A stretch of 63,810 bases of DNA, the filler included, from Octopus bimaculoides (Eukaryota), in assembly GCF_001194135.2 (NCBI RefSeq). It is 5 parts of 5 records of this genome, joined end to end, with 100 filler letters (N's around TTAATTAATTAA, not from the genome) between each part and the next. Parts side by side here need not be neighbours in the genome. Positions count along the whole stretch, not along the records: positions 34,819 to 41,137 come from NC_068997.1; positions 41,238 to 59,116 come from NC_068990.1; 3 more parts are not named here. The stretch is one strand, 5' to 3'. A model generated the notes under the pieces. It was not told the origin of the DNA. It saw nothing but the letters and a program-made list of their open reading frames with translations, and searched no databases. A program made the translations under genes and the position numbers. Below, piece after piece: positions 39,962-53,140 of this stretch (within the stretch, counting starts at the first letter, position 1; each line of letters begins with the position of its first letter).

Positions 39962-40400
39962 TTAAATGATAAAACTTCTGGAAAGTTTTACAAATTTTTA
40001 CAGTTCCAGTGATGGATTGGATCTGTAGTCTTCAAATTAGCTTTCTCCTTTCTGGTTTTGAGAAGCCTAATTTCTCAAAATTGGTATTTAGGCAGTGTGT
40101 TACATATCCCAGGGTTCCAATAATTACTGATATAAACCTGAACTTGTAATCTGGATAGAGTAACTGTAGATTTCTCAATAGTTCAGCGTATATATTTTCT
40201 TTTTTACTGATCTTCAGCTTTATGTTAACATCAGCTGGGCAGCTAATTTCCACAACTATACACAGTTTCTGTATGTATGTATCATACTTCTGCTTATCCA
40301 TAGTCAAACGAATAATTATTGTTAGACTCGGTGTGCATATAATGCACGGTATTTCTGAGCATTGGCAGTGAGATGGCAGGAATTCAATGCTGTCCTCGTC
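39962..40400 (-). pseudogene. R4/Dong-type RLE C-terminus
   Basis: KLCIVVEISCPADVNIKLKISKKENIYAELLRNLQLLYPDYKFRFISVIIGTLGYV...QIQSITGTVKICKTF. Confidence 0.85.
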
Positions 40401-40938
40401 TCCAGACTCCTATCTGAACCAGACGAAAATACAGAGCGCCATACTGATTTATAAATCAGTAAGAAAGCAACGGGTGAGATGTGGTCGTGTTCTTTTGTTA
40501 CAGCTGTTTCCGCTTTAAGAAATAGAGGAATGGGAGTTGAGTGAAAGTGTCACATCATATTGTTTCATCAGAGCCTTCAAAAAAGATAATAATAATACTT
40601 CATAATAAGGTTCTGATGAGGCGATAAGATTCCACACTGCCATTCGTCTTTGAATAACCAGTTCCTTTGCTATATGCAAATGAATATGATTGCAAAATTC
40701 CGCTTAGGATATTCTTTACACACACACACACACACACACACACATGCACATGCATACGTGTATACATATATATAAGCATGCATATATATATGCATATATA
40801 TATATATATGTATATATATTAATACATGCATACATATATACACATTCACACATACACATATACATATAATGCAATAGACTCATATATAATAGATGTGCAA
40901 AAATGTTTAATAACTACGTAAAATTTAATATATATACT

Positions 40939-40990
<52 letters not shown>

Positions 40991-41137
40991 TGTGTGTTTA
41001 CAAATATTTAAAAATCTATATATATACGTGTCAAACTATCTAATACATCTGCTTGTTGCTCCCCCACCCATCTTCGTCTTTTGTTTTCTCTAAATTTGAA
41101 CTATATATATACATACATACATATATATATATATATA

Positions 41138-41237
41138 NNNNNNNNNNNNNNNNNNNNNNNNNNNNNNNNNNNNNNNNNNNNTTAATTAATTAANNNNNNN
41201 NNNNNNNNNNNNNNNNNNNNNNNNNNNNNNNNNNNNN
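41138..41237. other. Artificial scaffold spacer N44-TTAATTAATTAA-N44
   Basis: 12-mer at 41182-41193. Confidence 0.95.
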
Positions 41238-41329
41238 GTCACAAACACACTATTTCTTTCTTTCTTTCTCTCTCTCTCTCTCTCTGTATGTCTCTCTGTC
41301 TCTCTGTCTCTCTCTCTTTCACGCGCGTA

Positions 41330-41560
41330 CGCACAGATTTGACTTCGCCATGTCAACAAACTTCAAAATTGGTAAAAGTTTATCGATTTTTACAGGTATA
41401 CGCGGGTACCTCTGAGAGAGAAAGTTCACTAAAATGCACATAGGGTCATTCCGAATCTTCTCCTAAAATTGGAGTGACATGCGTGCTAATTTGTGGACGT
41501 GCATAAACCACATTCACGTACACACACACACACAAACATCCTCTCTTTTATAGATATTGA
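41330..41560 (-). mobile_element. Possible non-autonomous Helitron-like 5' end
   Basis: Minus strand atcaatatctataaaagagaggatgtttgtgtgtg resembles the 58937 terminus. Confidence 0.4.
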
Positions 41561-41804
41561 TATATGTCACTTAATGAGTTACCGTTGACTCCCTTTGGCG
41601 GTCTTGCTTCATATCTTTGAAAGGGTCCAAAAATTCACCCGACTCACCAAGCCTACCTGATGGTGTTGCCCTGATCATGCAGCAGGGTGTACTGGGTTAC
41701 ATGTTACCAGTGACACTCAAGAGTGACTTGACACGCATGCATATACACATACATGCCCCCCACCCCATGATTGCTTTTCGTAGCACGTCCAATAATATAT
41801 TAGT

Positions 41805-42015
41805 TTCAATTTTGGCAGAAGGGCAGCACCTTCGGCGGGAGAGCTTAAATCAATTACATCAACTCCAGTGCTCCACTGGTACCTGTATTATCGACCCTTA
41901 AAGGATGAAAGATAAAGTCGACCTTAGCGGAATTTGAACTCAGAACCTAAAGACGGACGAAATGCCGCTAAGTATTTTTCCCGGCGTTCTTACGATTCCG
42001 CCATCTCGCCGCCTT
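41805..42015 (-). mobile_element. SINE family A
   Basis: ttatcgaccc...gcggaatttgaactcagaacctaaagacggacgaaatgccgctaag...ctcgccgcc. Confidence 0.85.
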
Positions 42016-42574
42016 AGCTTGTCTAATATTGTCTCTAGGTTACTAGTACTAACACTTAGTCATCGTCACAGTACGATATCTGTTTTTGAAACCTCATTCT
42101 ACAATTGATGTGTAAACAAATATAACCTTTATTTAATTTAGAACTCCATCATCTTAATATTGTGAATATAAGTTTTGTCAACGAATGAAGATTGAAATTC
42201 TGTTATTTTGCATTTAATTCCAGTTGACTGGTTTAACACCACCATCACGCCAGTCCTTGGATGACTTCAGCGTGGATTTTACTCTGTAGTCAGTATTCAA
42301 CCAAGGTCCCTATCTGACGATAAGTAAGTCGATAATATTACTGCACTTTTAGCAGCCAATAAGCTGTGATTTCTTTTTCCTTTCTCTTTCTGTAGTCTTA
42401 GAGGCTCCGTCAAAAGTCATGAACACGGGGCTTCCTCCTTTGAGTAGCCATTAAAAACATATGTTAAAACTTCATGAGATATATTTAGTTTCTATTCGTG
42501 ACTCAGCACGCTATGTCGTGACTGTGGAAGTGCAGAGTGCAATATATTAGAGTGACACATTTTATGTTCATACA

Positions 42575-42734
42575 GGCATGGCTGCCTGGTTAAGAAGATC
42601 GCTTTACAGCTACATGGTTTCGTGTTCGACTTCCATTGCACAGCACCTTGGGCAAGTATCTTCTAATCTAGCTCCGGGCCAACCAATACTTTATGAGTGA
42701 ATTTGGTCGAAGGAAACTATGTGGAAGCCCGTCA

Positions 42735-42787
<53 letters not shown>

Positions 42788-43109
42788 GTCTGTCTATCTA
42801 TCTATCTATCTATCTATCTATCACAATGACAATATTGACCAAGGTTACCGTGGTCTTTTCCGTAGGCTTTTCTTTCCACGGCTAAACCTAAACTGTCCTC
42901 CCCTTTTACACGAGAACATTACTGTGATACACGATCCCTATTGATCGCTGTTTTTTTTCTTTTTTTCTCGATCCCTTTTGATCGAACTTCCCCTTTTTCC
43001 TTCCTACAATCCCTTTTGATCGACACACCCCTACTTCCTTTTTTCCCCTCCCCCTCCCCAAAAGAAAAGCTCATCTTTGTTGAGCCCTGTGTGGCTAATA
43101 AAAGAAATG

Positions 43110-43167
<58 letters not shown>

Positions 43168-43390
43168 CGTGTGTGTGGTGTGTCTTTGAGATTGTTCCCC
43201 ACCACCGCTTGGCAACCGCTGTTGGTTTCCTTACGTCCCTGTAGCCTAACGGTCCGGTTAAAGATATCAATAGAATTAGTACCAGACTTAAAAATAAGTA
43301 CTGGCATCAGTTTGCTCGACTAAAAACTTCAAGGCGTTGACCCAGCATAGTCGCACTCCAATGACTGAAACATGTAAAATATAAAAGATA
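42575..43390 (+). mobile_element. SINE family B, full length, with nested insertion in its (CTAT)n tract
   Basis: Head ggcatggctgcctggttaagaagatcgc...gttcgacttcc; tail aatgactgaaacatgtaaaat. Confidence 0.8.
42822..43108 (+). mobile_element. Probable LINE 3' UTR fragment (Tx1-like) nested in (CTAT)n
   Basis: Ends gctaataaaagaaat, like gcaataaagaaat at the end of the 59.5-63 kb LINE; three gatccc(t/a)ttgatcg-type subrepeats. Confidence 0.5.
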
Positions 43391-45138
43391 CCAGTTTGTA
43401 AAAGTTACACAAAAGGTTGCTACACAACAAACTAACCGATTATCTAGTGGTTAATGCGTTTGGATGCGATCGTAAAGTCGTAAGCTTGATTTTTGGAGTG
43501 GACAGCGAACTGTGTCTTTGAAAAAGGCACTTCATTTCATGTTGTTCCAGTCCGTTCAGCTAAAAAGAATTTGTGTCTGTCGGAGAGTGAAGCCTCGTAA
43601 GATATCAATGCCCCTTGATGTGTGATAAACCGTAGAAGTTAGGCTGTTTGCGAGTCATGTTTAGGGACCAATTTAAGTTCTGGGCTAGGAAACAATCCAT
43701 CTTCATCTATATTGTTAAGACGTCCTTGTAAGCGAAACACAAACGGCACAAATTCCCATTCCAGCCCCTCCTCCTTGAAATGGAGGGCTTTTGACACTCT
43801 AATTTAGATGTGACATTCACACCATTTCCCTGTTTGTCCCCCCCCCCTGTCACTTCCACTACTTCTCCTTCTATCTCTCCATCTGTTTCTCCCTCTACCC
43901 TTCCCTCTGTCTTTCCTTCTCTCTCTCTCCCTCTCTCTCCTTCTCCCTTTATTTCACAAACTCTCTCCCTCCGTCTCTCTGTTAGNNNNNNNNNNNNNNN
44001 NNNNNNNNNNNNNNNNNNNNNNNNNNNNNNNNNNNNNNNNNNNNNNNNNNNNNNNNNNNNNNNNNNNNNNNNNNNNNNNNNNNNNNNNNNNNNNNNNNNN
44101 NNNNNNNNNNNNNNNNNNNNNNNNNNNNNNNNNNNNNNNNNNNNNNNNNNNNNNNNNNNNNNNNNNNNNNNNNNNNNNNNNNNNNNNNNNNNNNNNNTAT
44201 ATATATATATATGGGAGAGTTTACGGAAAAAAACAACAGACGAAGACAGGTGGTGCGCGTGCGTGTGTTCATGACTTTTTTCTACATATGTCTGTTTATG
44301 TATATGTGTGTTTTTCTGTCTTCGTGTGTGTACATGTGTGATGTGTTCAGCAGCAGCAGCAACAGCAGCAGCAGCAGTAACAACAACAGAGTAGAAACAG
44401 CAGTAGGAGCAGCAACCAGGGGATGATAAGACGGTTGGACGATTCTCAATACGCTCACCCACTCCGTACGGCTTCGAATGTGTAAACTGAAATAATACTG
44501 GAATCAGTAAAATAATTAAAATGCCAATCCATATTATTATAACTTAAGAACCTAAACCTGGAGTAAATCATTCCTGATATCTTTTTAAATGAGAAGGAAC
44601 GCAAATTGAAAGAGTTTGTGGGGAAAACCCTGAAGCCCAGTACGTCTTGGTTTAACTGATAAGGCCTTAAATAATGTATTTAGAAGAGAGAGGAGAGCAA
44701 TTAGTAAGATAAAGCTATCAAATTACTTTCCTGGGAGGTAAGTAAGAGACCCTTGTTTGTAAGGAAAGGCCAAGAGATTAATGCTAGTTATACATATATA
44801 TCTCCAAGGATGTATTTCCAATTGCCCAAAGAGAAATGGTATCTTTCCAGCATTTGAAATGTCTTCTGTTGGGTTTATTTTACTTACAGTTTCATCCATA
44901 TTTCACATATACGTCAGTGGTGTGCGTGCGCGCGCGCGCGCGCGTGTGTGTGTGGTGACTAAATCTTGAAGCTTTCACAAGAATTTAATTACCCGAAAAG
45001 ATATTACAAAAAATATTGTTAATAGAAGATATAGGAGGAGAGATATACAAACGCATCCGCGCGCGCGCACAGACAGACACACATGTATAGATACGTATGT
45101 ATGTGTGTATACATATGTGCATATAAATGCATATATAC

Positions 45139-45139
<1 letters not shown>

Positions 45140-45210
<71 letters not shown>

Positions 45211-45267
45211 GTCTGTCTGTCTGTCTGTTTGTCTGCCTGTCTGTCTGTCTGTCTGTCTGTGTATGTG

Positions 45268-45312
<45 letters not shown>

Positions 45313-45329
45313 GTCTGTCTATTTATCTA

Positions 45330-45384
<55 letters not shown>

Positions 45385-45419
45385 GTCTGTCTATCTGTCA
45401 GTCTCATTCTCTCTCAGTG

Positions 45420-45455
<36 letters not shown>
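45140..45455. repeat. Compound (GT)/(CTAT)/(GTCT)/(CA) microsatellite
   Basis: Directly visible. Confidence 0.97.
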
Positions 45456-45456
<1 letters not shown>

Positions 45457-45911
45457 GTAATATATACACAAATATATATATGCTTATATGAATCCTTAAT
45501 TCTATATGTTCTAAAGTGTAGAGGCAAATTACTCTCCTTAAAGTCTGTAAGTTGTGAGAAAACGTTTTGAAATGCAATGGAAAATTCTGACAAAATTCGA
45601 AGTTAAATCTCCTGATTTATTTTTCATTGGAAAATGAAAATAAAAAATTACAAAGAATAGTGAGGGGTGAGGGTATGCATCTCTTTCTGGCTTATTATAG
45701 ACGAACCTTAAGTGGAATACTTAGATTCAAGTGATATTGTTATTAACAGAAATTCTCAAAGTTTGGTTTGGTAGTAGTAGTAGCGGGAAATATATTTGAT
45801 ATAAATTTAAACGATCAATATTAAGCAAAAACTTTCTTACGGATGAAGATATGCTTTTGACTAGTATGTAGGTGATTAACTTGCATGGAACCACTACACT
45901 CAACCTCTGAT

Positions 45912-46077
45912 CAGGGCCGGCCCCAGGGTTGCTGGTGTCCCGGGCAAGCTGAACTTCGGCGTGTACAAACTGACGGTTGTGGAAATTTCCTTGTCTTTGT
46001 CAAACCCTCCTTGGCGCCCCCTAGCACATGGCGCCCCGGGCAACTGCTAGAGTTGCCGGTACCTTGAGCCGGCCCTG
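45912..46077. mobile_element. GC-rich hAT-like MITE
   Basis: Perfect 10-bp TIR cagggccggc / gccggccctg; flanking 8-mers cctctgat / cttctcac are only 5/8 identical. Confidence 0.7.
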
Positions 46078-46951
46078 CTTCTCACAAATAGACCAGACAC
46101 TAAAAAAAACTTCAGAAACATAGGTTGACGTTAATAGATTATCAAGTGATATTACTCGTGGCGCCCTCTTAGTTCGCTTAGAGACATTTACAGCATTTTA
46201 CAAATATTGGCGGAAGCTGAATTGAGGTTTTGGCTTAATTCTTTAACCAGTCGAGGGCATGGCTGCACGGTTAAGAAGTTCTCTTTCTAACCGCATAACT
46301 ACGGGTTCGACTCCATACTGGGTGACTAATGCCTTATGAAAGGAATTAGATGGTCAGAAACTGTACAGAGGTCCGTTGTACAATGTTGGGACTTAGAAAT
46401 TCCGTGTTTTTAGCCAGAAGATCGCTGGGAGCGAGGAACTACTTAACTCTCGTTAGAGTATGTCACTAGAAGACTACACCGAAATAAAACCAAAGGATTG
46501 TTGTTCGGAGAACTCGTTATACGACGTGCGCAGTTTTCCTACTATCAGTTCTTTCAGAAAGTGCATCTGGTCCTACCCTAAACCTGCAACACTATAAATA
46601 AGTAATCTCTGTGGGTAGTCTAAACGATTCAGTATAGTTCTGTTTTAAAAGAGACACAAACCTAAGAATTAAACTGTCTCAACTTAACTGCATGTCAAAA
46701 CCAATGAGAGAGACCAAATAAAATAAAATGCCCTCTTTCCATCGACCCCCGTCGCCAAAACAAACAAACTAATAAAAATGGAATTCGTTACGAAACCTCG
46801 TTGTTCACTTCGATCGCACAATAGACTACCGTGGATAAGTGTCTTCTACTATAGTCAGATTGATAATGCCTTGTGAGTATAGTTTGGTGGATGGAAACTG
46901 TACGGTAGCCTGTGATATGCATGCATATATGCATACATGAATGCACACACA

Positions 46952-47021
<70 letters not shown>

Positions 47022-47232
47022 NNNNNNNNNNNNNNNNNNNNNNNNNNNNNNNNNNNNNNNNNNNNNNNNNNNNNNNNNNNNNNNNNNNNNNNNNNNNNNN
47101 NNNNNNNNNNNNNNNNNNNNNNNNNNNNNNNNNNNNNNNNNNNNNNNNNNNNNNNNNNNNNNNNNNNNNNNNNNNNNNNNNNNNNNNNNNNNNNNNNNNN
47201 NNNNNNNNNNNNNNNNNNNNNNNNNNNNNNNN

Positions 47233-47291
<59 letters not shown>

Positions 47292-49277
47292 AGCATCACA
47301 TGTGTAGAGAAAGAAAAACAAATTATTTCGTTAAATCTGTATCAAAGACTGTATGTATTTTCTGAAAAAGCAGAAATAAACTGGTCTTTAGTCGTGTAAA
47401 TATCCTATTTACCGAAGAATACACAAGTGTTCAACAAGTGTTGTTGATTGATTAAAATGAAAGGGCGAAGGGATAAGGAAGAAGAAAGAAAAAATAATAA
47501 AATGATCCAGATGCTTACTTATTTATGTAAAACAAATTGTCATACAAATATTTACTTAAACTTAAAATAAGACGTTGAAGTATTTTTAGACTGGGTTAGT
47601 ATTGAAACTAAATTTTGGCTTTCCCAAACTAAAATTTCCCATGACAGTCACAACTCCCGCTTCTTAGCCGGATGTTAACTTAAACTAAAGTTAACTATAA
47701 AAGATAATTTTCGTTTCACAGCTCAATATAGACTTACTTGCCAGATTGGGTTGCATCTTGCGGATTATCATACAAAATTATCAACTAAATATATTAGAAT
47801 CGACCTACAGATAATCCTTATATATCCTGGATGGAGAGAACATATTTAGTAATTTAATAAAACAAACTCTAATATAGCAAAAACCAAATGTATTTTAATA
47901 AAAAAAAATGTGCACATGATGTAGATAAGTTTTCTTTTAAAAGTATTCTATGAATCTGCATTCAACTTCGATGACAGGACTGGAACCGTTGACATGTCAC
48001 CATAAATAGTCCTTGTTTATTCCAGACATCACTTAGACAATGACAGTATTTAGTGAAGTTATGGTATTGTGATGATGACAATTAGTCTCCTATTCAACAA
48101 GGCTCCAAATGCTGTAGTACATCTGGGCAAATTTTGGAAGCCACATGTTTGGTTTTACATGATCGTGAAGATTATCTTACATCTATTCTTGGGTTATGTG
48201 GACTTTATGGGAAGACGCTGAGTCTTGTTGAAACACGAACAGTCTTTTATTGCATACTTTATCCATTCAGGACTTAACATCTATCCTCAGCATCTCAACG
48301 TGTTTTTTTATGCTACCACCAGTTTGAGCAAAACTGCTTTTCATTCTCAGCCAAAAAAATCGTGTTGTGGCGATCCTGACAATAGACTCGACTGATTGAC
48401 AAATCTATCTTACAGTCGACAACAACTTTTTGATATAACTCCATAAGTCAGTTATGTTCGAATAATGTCCGAGTGTATGTAGAAAAGATTCCCTGATCTG
48501 TGGCACATTTAAAATAGATTCAGTCGCCGCTAAAATTTATCCTGAAGTAGCAATGTTATATGACAACATTACTTGGCCAGTTTTTTAAAACCTATCTATA
48601 GTCCCCGGGCTGAAAGTTCTAAAGAATTGATTGTTTTGTTGATTTGAGTCGACGCCTAAAATTTCCCCGTAAATGTCATCGCAATACTCAACAAGGGTTG
48701 ACTTAAGACCAGCAACACTACTCAACCAGTAGTAAACTGCAAGCATCTCACCACATTCTAGATATCTCTGCGTCCAAATCTTGGTCTTCCCTTGCACCAT
48801 GTCAACAACTCTGACAAAGATAAGCGGAAGACATGTCTAGGAATCCTTGCAGATTCTTCAACCTCAGCTACATCATACCAAGCCAACCAGCAGATGGATC
48901 ACCTGACAACTAGAATACATCTTTTCACAATAGGCTAAACAATAGACGCAATAATCTAATTAGGTAAAAATGGTGCAAGACAAGAAGCAGTAAATGGCGG
49001 AAGCGAAGTAGGAGTTCGCTACCTCTACTCAACCTTTCTGATTTAACTTCCTATCAGCCTGTTTCTAGCTCAGAATGGTCACCCGGCTCATAACCTCATC
49101 ACACTACCTATCCATCTGAAGGTCTGGCACGAACCAAGCCCTAAATATCTTAACAGCGACCCACGATGATGAGCAGCATTGATTTGGTTTTCTAGGTACC
49201 GCCCTGCAAGCTCACCGACTTATTCTGGTTAATGCGTACTCTTGTTAATAACCCGGTATCCCTTCAGAGTAGTGTTG

Positions 49278-49347
<70 letters not shown>

Positions 49348-49529
49348 TGGACTTATGTATATTCCAAGGACTAGGCAACTTCTACAACATTATATTATGC
49401 ATTTTAACAATAATTTTCCGCCTCTATGAAATAGATCGCACCGAAAGAATTATTTGAACACAGAGAAACACATGAAGGCAACAATGCTTTCTGATGTGTG
49501 CATTACTGTAAAATAAATTCTTAGAAATA

Positions 49530-50067
49530 ATACATTTCTAAATCTCTCAGAGAGACTTATGCAGTAGCAGCACGGTAAAGTGATAGTATGTTGTCAACTT
49601 AATGTGACAGTCCAATGAAAGGGAAGGATGTTACTGTTATTTAGGCCTAGGAAACACCCTTTCCTGTTGGACTTGACACATTTCCTGTGTCCTTATGTTT
49701 TCAAAATGAAGACAAGCACCTCCACCCAGCAAAGCCAGCCTCCAGAGTCATTGCTTCAGTTTCAGAGTCATTGTTCATCATAAGTCTGGAGTAGCATGGC
49801 CTGCAAGCTGGCGATGCCTATCCGCCCTTGAAAACATATATATTTCAAGTGAAATACCTTCATTGATATTTGAAAATAGAAATATACATTTCTAAATCAC
49901 TCAGAGAGATTTATGCAGTAGCAGCACGATAAAGCAATGACTCTGAAACTAGTCTCTGGATTCTGGCTTTGCTGGGTGGAGGTGCTTGTCTCTACTTTGA
50001 AAACAACAGTAGCATTCTCCCCTTTCATGGGACTGTCACATTAAGTTGACAACATACTATCACTTTA
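49530..50067. repeat. Rearranged repeat A-B-x-C-y-A-C'-B'
   Basis: A: 49530-49580 and 49884-49934 direct. B: 49576-49638 vs 50005-50067 inverted. C: 49698-49773 vs 49935-50003 inverted. Confidence 0.85.
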
Positions 50068-50274
50068 AATAAATTCTTGTGTCAGTTTTTTTGGTGAAAA
50101 ATTGTTCATGATGAAGCTTCACTAGACTAGATCAATTTCTGTTCAAATATCATGCCAGTCATCAATGGATGTTTATGATCGGAGTGGATCCAATGAAAAG
50201 CAAAAATTGGCTTAGTTTATTAAATACTAGCAGAGATACCCAACGTTGCTCGGGATTAAGATGGCATAGTTTTT

Positions 50275-50478
50275 TTTTATTGTTTCACTTGTTTCACTTG
50301 TTTCAGTCATGTGATTGCGGCCATGCTGGAGCACAGCCTTTAGTCAAACAAATCGACCCCAGTATTTATTCTTTGTAAACCTAGTACTTATTCTATCGGG
50401 GTCTCTTGCCGAACCGCTAAGTTAAGTGGAGGTAAACACACCAGCATCGGTTGTTAAGCGATGGTGGGGGTACAAACA

Positions 50479-50500
<22 letters not shown>
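50275..50500 (-). mobile_element. SINE family B, 3' part
   Basis: ttgtttcagtcatgtgattgcggccatgctggagcac...gccgaaccgctaagtta. Confidence 0.8.
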
Positions 50501-50512
<12 letters not shown>

Positions 50513-50848
50513 NNNNNNNNNNNNNNNNNNNNNNNNNNNNNNNNNNNNNNNNNNNNNNNNNNNNNNNNNNNNNNNNNNNNNNNNNNNNNNNNNNNNNNNN
50601 NNNNNNNNNNNNNNNNNNNNNNNNNNNNNNNNNNNNNNNNNNNNNNNNNNNNNNNNNNNNNNNNNNNNNNNNNNNNNNNNNNNNNNNNNNNNNNNNNNNN
50701 NNNNNNNNNNNNNNNNNNNNNNNNNNNNNNNNNNNNNNNNNNNNNNNNNNNNNNNNNNNNNNNNNNNNNNNNNNNNNNNNNNNNNNNNNNNNNNNNNNNN
50801 NNNNNNNNNNNNNNNNNNNNNNNNNNNNNNNNNNNNNNNNNNNNNNNN

Positions 50849-50888
<40 letters not shown>

Positions 50889-51428
50889 GCACACACATAT
50901 ATATATACATATATTCATATATAGACATATATATATGCATATATATATGCATATATATATGCATATATGGGTATAGGGCGTCACCAACAGTAATACACAC
51001 ACATATATATATATATATAATTTATATTGTCATTTGATTGAACGCCACGCATCCATTTCCAAGTAAGTTTATCTGAATCTTTTTGATGCGACTCTACTCT
51101 ATACTGTTTTTCTCCCCTATCGTTTTCTCTCTCATCCTTTCTCTAATTCCCTTTTTTCTCTCCTTCACCGTTTTCTATATGTCTCTTTCTCTCTCCCTCT
51201 TTCTCCTTTTCTCTCTCTCACACGTCACCATCGGCCATCTTTTTTTCCTCATGTGATCATCTTTCTTTTCTTTCAGGACTGTCCTAATGACTGGACGTAT
51301 CCTATCTCTCTCTTCTATCTTTTCCCTTGTAAAAGAAAATATTTCTCCAGCGTTTGCTATTTTACCCACGTTCTGGTCTAACGACCCTCCATGTTTATTT
51401 TCGTTCGGTTTCCTTGTANNNNNNNNNN

Positions 51429-51545
51429 AGGAGCCCAACCACAAACCAACCGTTGTGTGGGCATTGATTTTATCCCCTGCAACCAACTCATATTCCTTTA
51501 GGATCGTGCCGACCGTCTCCACTTCAGAGGCGTTCGACACCAATC
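51429..51545 (-). pseudogene. Tx1/L1 RT fragment (post-YADD)
   Basis: VSNASEVETVGTILKEYELVAGDKINAHTTVGLWLG resembles Y...SGAKIN..KS.GL.LG. Confidence 0.65.
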
Positions 51546-51559
51546 ATATTAATAATTGT

Positions 51560-51768
51560 TTCAAATTTTGTCACAAGGGCAACAATTTTGGGGGAGGAGA
51601 GGAATCGATTACATCGACCCCAGTGTTCAACTGATACTTAATTTATCGACCCCGAAAGGATGAAAGGCAAAATCGACTCCAGCGGAACTTGAACTCAGAA
51701 CGTAGCGACGGGAGAAATACCGCTAAGCATTACGTCCAGCGTGCTAACGACTCTACAAGCACACCGCC

Positions 51769-51770
<2 letters not shown>
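51560..51770 (-). mobile_element. SINE family A
   Basis: ttatcgaccccgaaaggatgaaaggc...gaactcagaacgtagcgacgggagaaataccgctaagc. Confidence 0.85.
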
Positions 51771-51821
<51 letters not shown>

Positions 51822-51825
<4 letters not shown>

Positions 51826-52371
51826 GCCTTGATGCAATACCAGGTAGTAACTCTCACAGTTTCGGACTTTAAGTGATTGGGAGTGTTATCATGTACATGT
51901 TTTGTCTGGGTGTAAAAGATGAGTTACAGTAAATATTCTGCTTAATACCCCAGATTTGCTTGACAGTTCCTTGACATTCACCAGTTGAGCGTGTCTCTCT
52001 GTGGCTGACAATAAGTGCATCTCTGATCACGAGTAGGAGTAGTGGAGGAGCATCATAGCAATGTGTTGAGAGGAATTCCTTGGAGCTTAAATATTCAACC
52101 CCTGGAAACATGGGTGTTTTGTTTATCCTCCTTAAATAACCCTTATTAAGAGACCTTTTGTGCGGAATGGGTTACTCGACCTGAAGAAAATTTTAACTAA
52201 CCCCCACCCGCAAGGTCAGGCACTGTTTCTCTTGATATGAGGTTTATATGTTGCGTACAGATGGTTGTGATGCATGTACCTGCTGTACACTTATTAGACG
52301 GTTAGTCATGATGGGTATATTGGACTTCGTATACCAATGTCACTTTGATGGCATGCGCTGCAATCTCACTC
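51822..52371 (+). mobile_element. Non-coding element family D, apparently full length, flanked by (AAT)n on both sides
   Basis: About 550 bp with no ORF; (AAT)n at 51772-51821 and 52372-52403; second copy at 26829-27324. Confidence 0.8.
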
Positions 52372-52879
52372 AATAATAATAATAATAATAATAATGATAA
52401 TAATTTCTTTTATTTGCTACCAGGGCGAAGGATGAGGGGACAATACAAAGGCAGACATAGAATGTGTGGATTTACATTTAATGAAATGATAAAAACAAAA
52501 AAAATATATATATAAAGAATATATATATATATAAAGAAAATACACGGTACACAATAAACAAAAAAATAATCTACACGGTATACAATAAACAAAAAAGGTT
52601 AAATTTTAATATTAATATCGATGACGACGATAACGCCAACGACGATGATGACACAGAATAAGGAAAACACTGGAAGTTAGCAGAAAATATAAAATTAAAG
52701 AAATTGAAAATCGTGCACAAACACCAGTCAGAAGCTATTACTGAAGGTGGGCATTACAAACTAGATTAGGATTCGTTTCAAAACAAACTAAACACGTAAC
52801 AGAGATTTGGTGAGTGTATAGGATCATAATGCGAATTGAAGCTAAGTATGTCAGATAAGATCATACATTATGTTACAAT

Positions 52880-53140
52880 ATGTAAAAGTAGAGCCAAAGC
52901 AAACGAAAAAAATCCCCCCAGAACTTACTGAATGATAATAAAGTCACAAGGTTTCGAAGTTGAGGGAAGTGTATAATCAATTATATCACCCCAGTTCATG
53001 ACGGATATGTTATAATATCGACCCGCAAAGGATGAAAAGCTGACCTCAACAAGATTTGAACTTGAAATCGTAAGTAGTTGGAAGAAATATCGCAAATCAT
53101 TCTATACAATGTTCTAGCAATTTCTGTCACTTCACCGTTT
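52880..53140 (-). mobile_element. SINE family A, decayed
   Basis: atcgacccgcaaaggatgaaaag...gatttgaacttg. Confidence 0.55.

Noticed and set aside
40560-40640. ctgatgag as another hammerhead core
   Set aside because: No stem II or GAAA follows; it is only a short inverted repeat.
47900-49230. Possible decayed RTE/CR1 RT remnants
   Set aside because: The motifs are too degenerate to assign by eye.
52160-52230. HDV-like ribozyme in family D (gacct...aggtc)
   Set aside because: The nested double pseudoknot could not be built.
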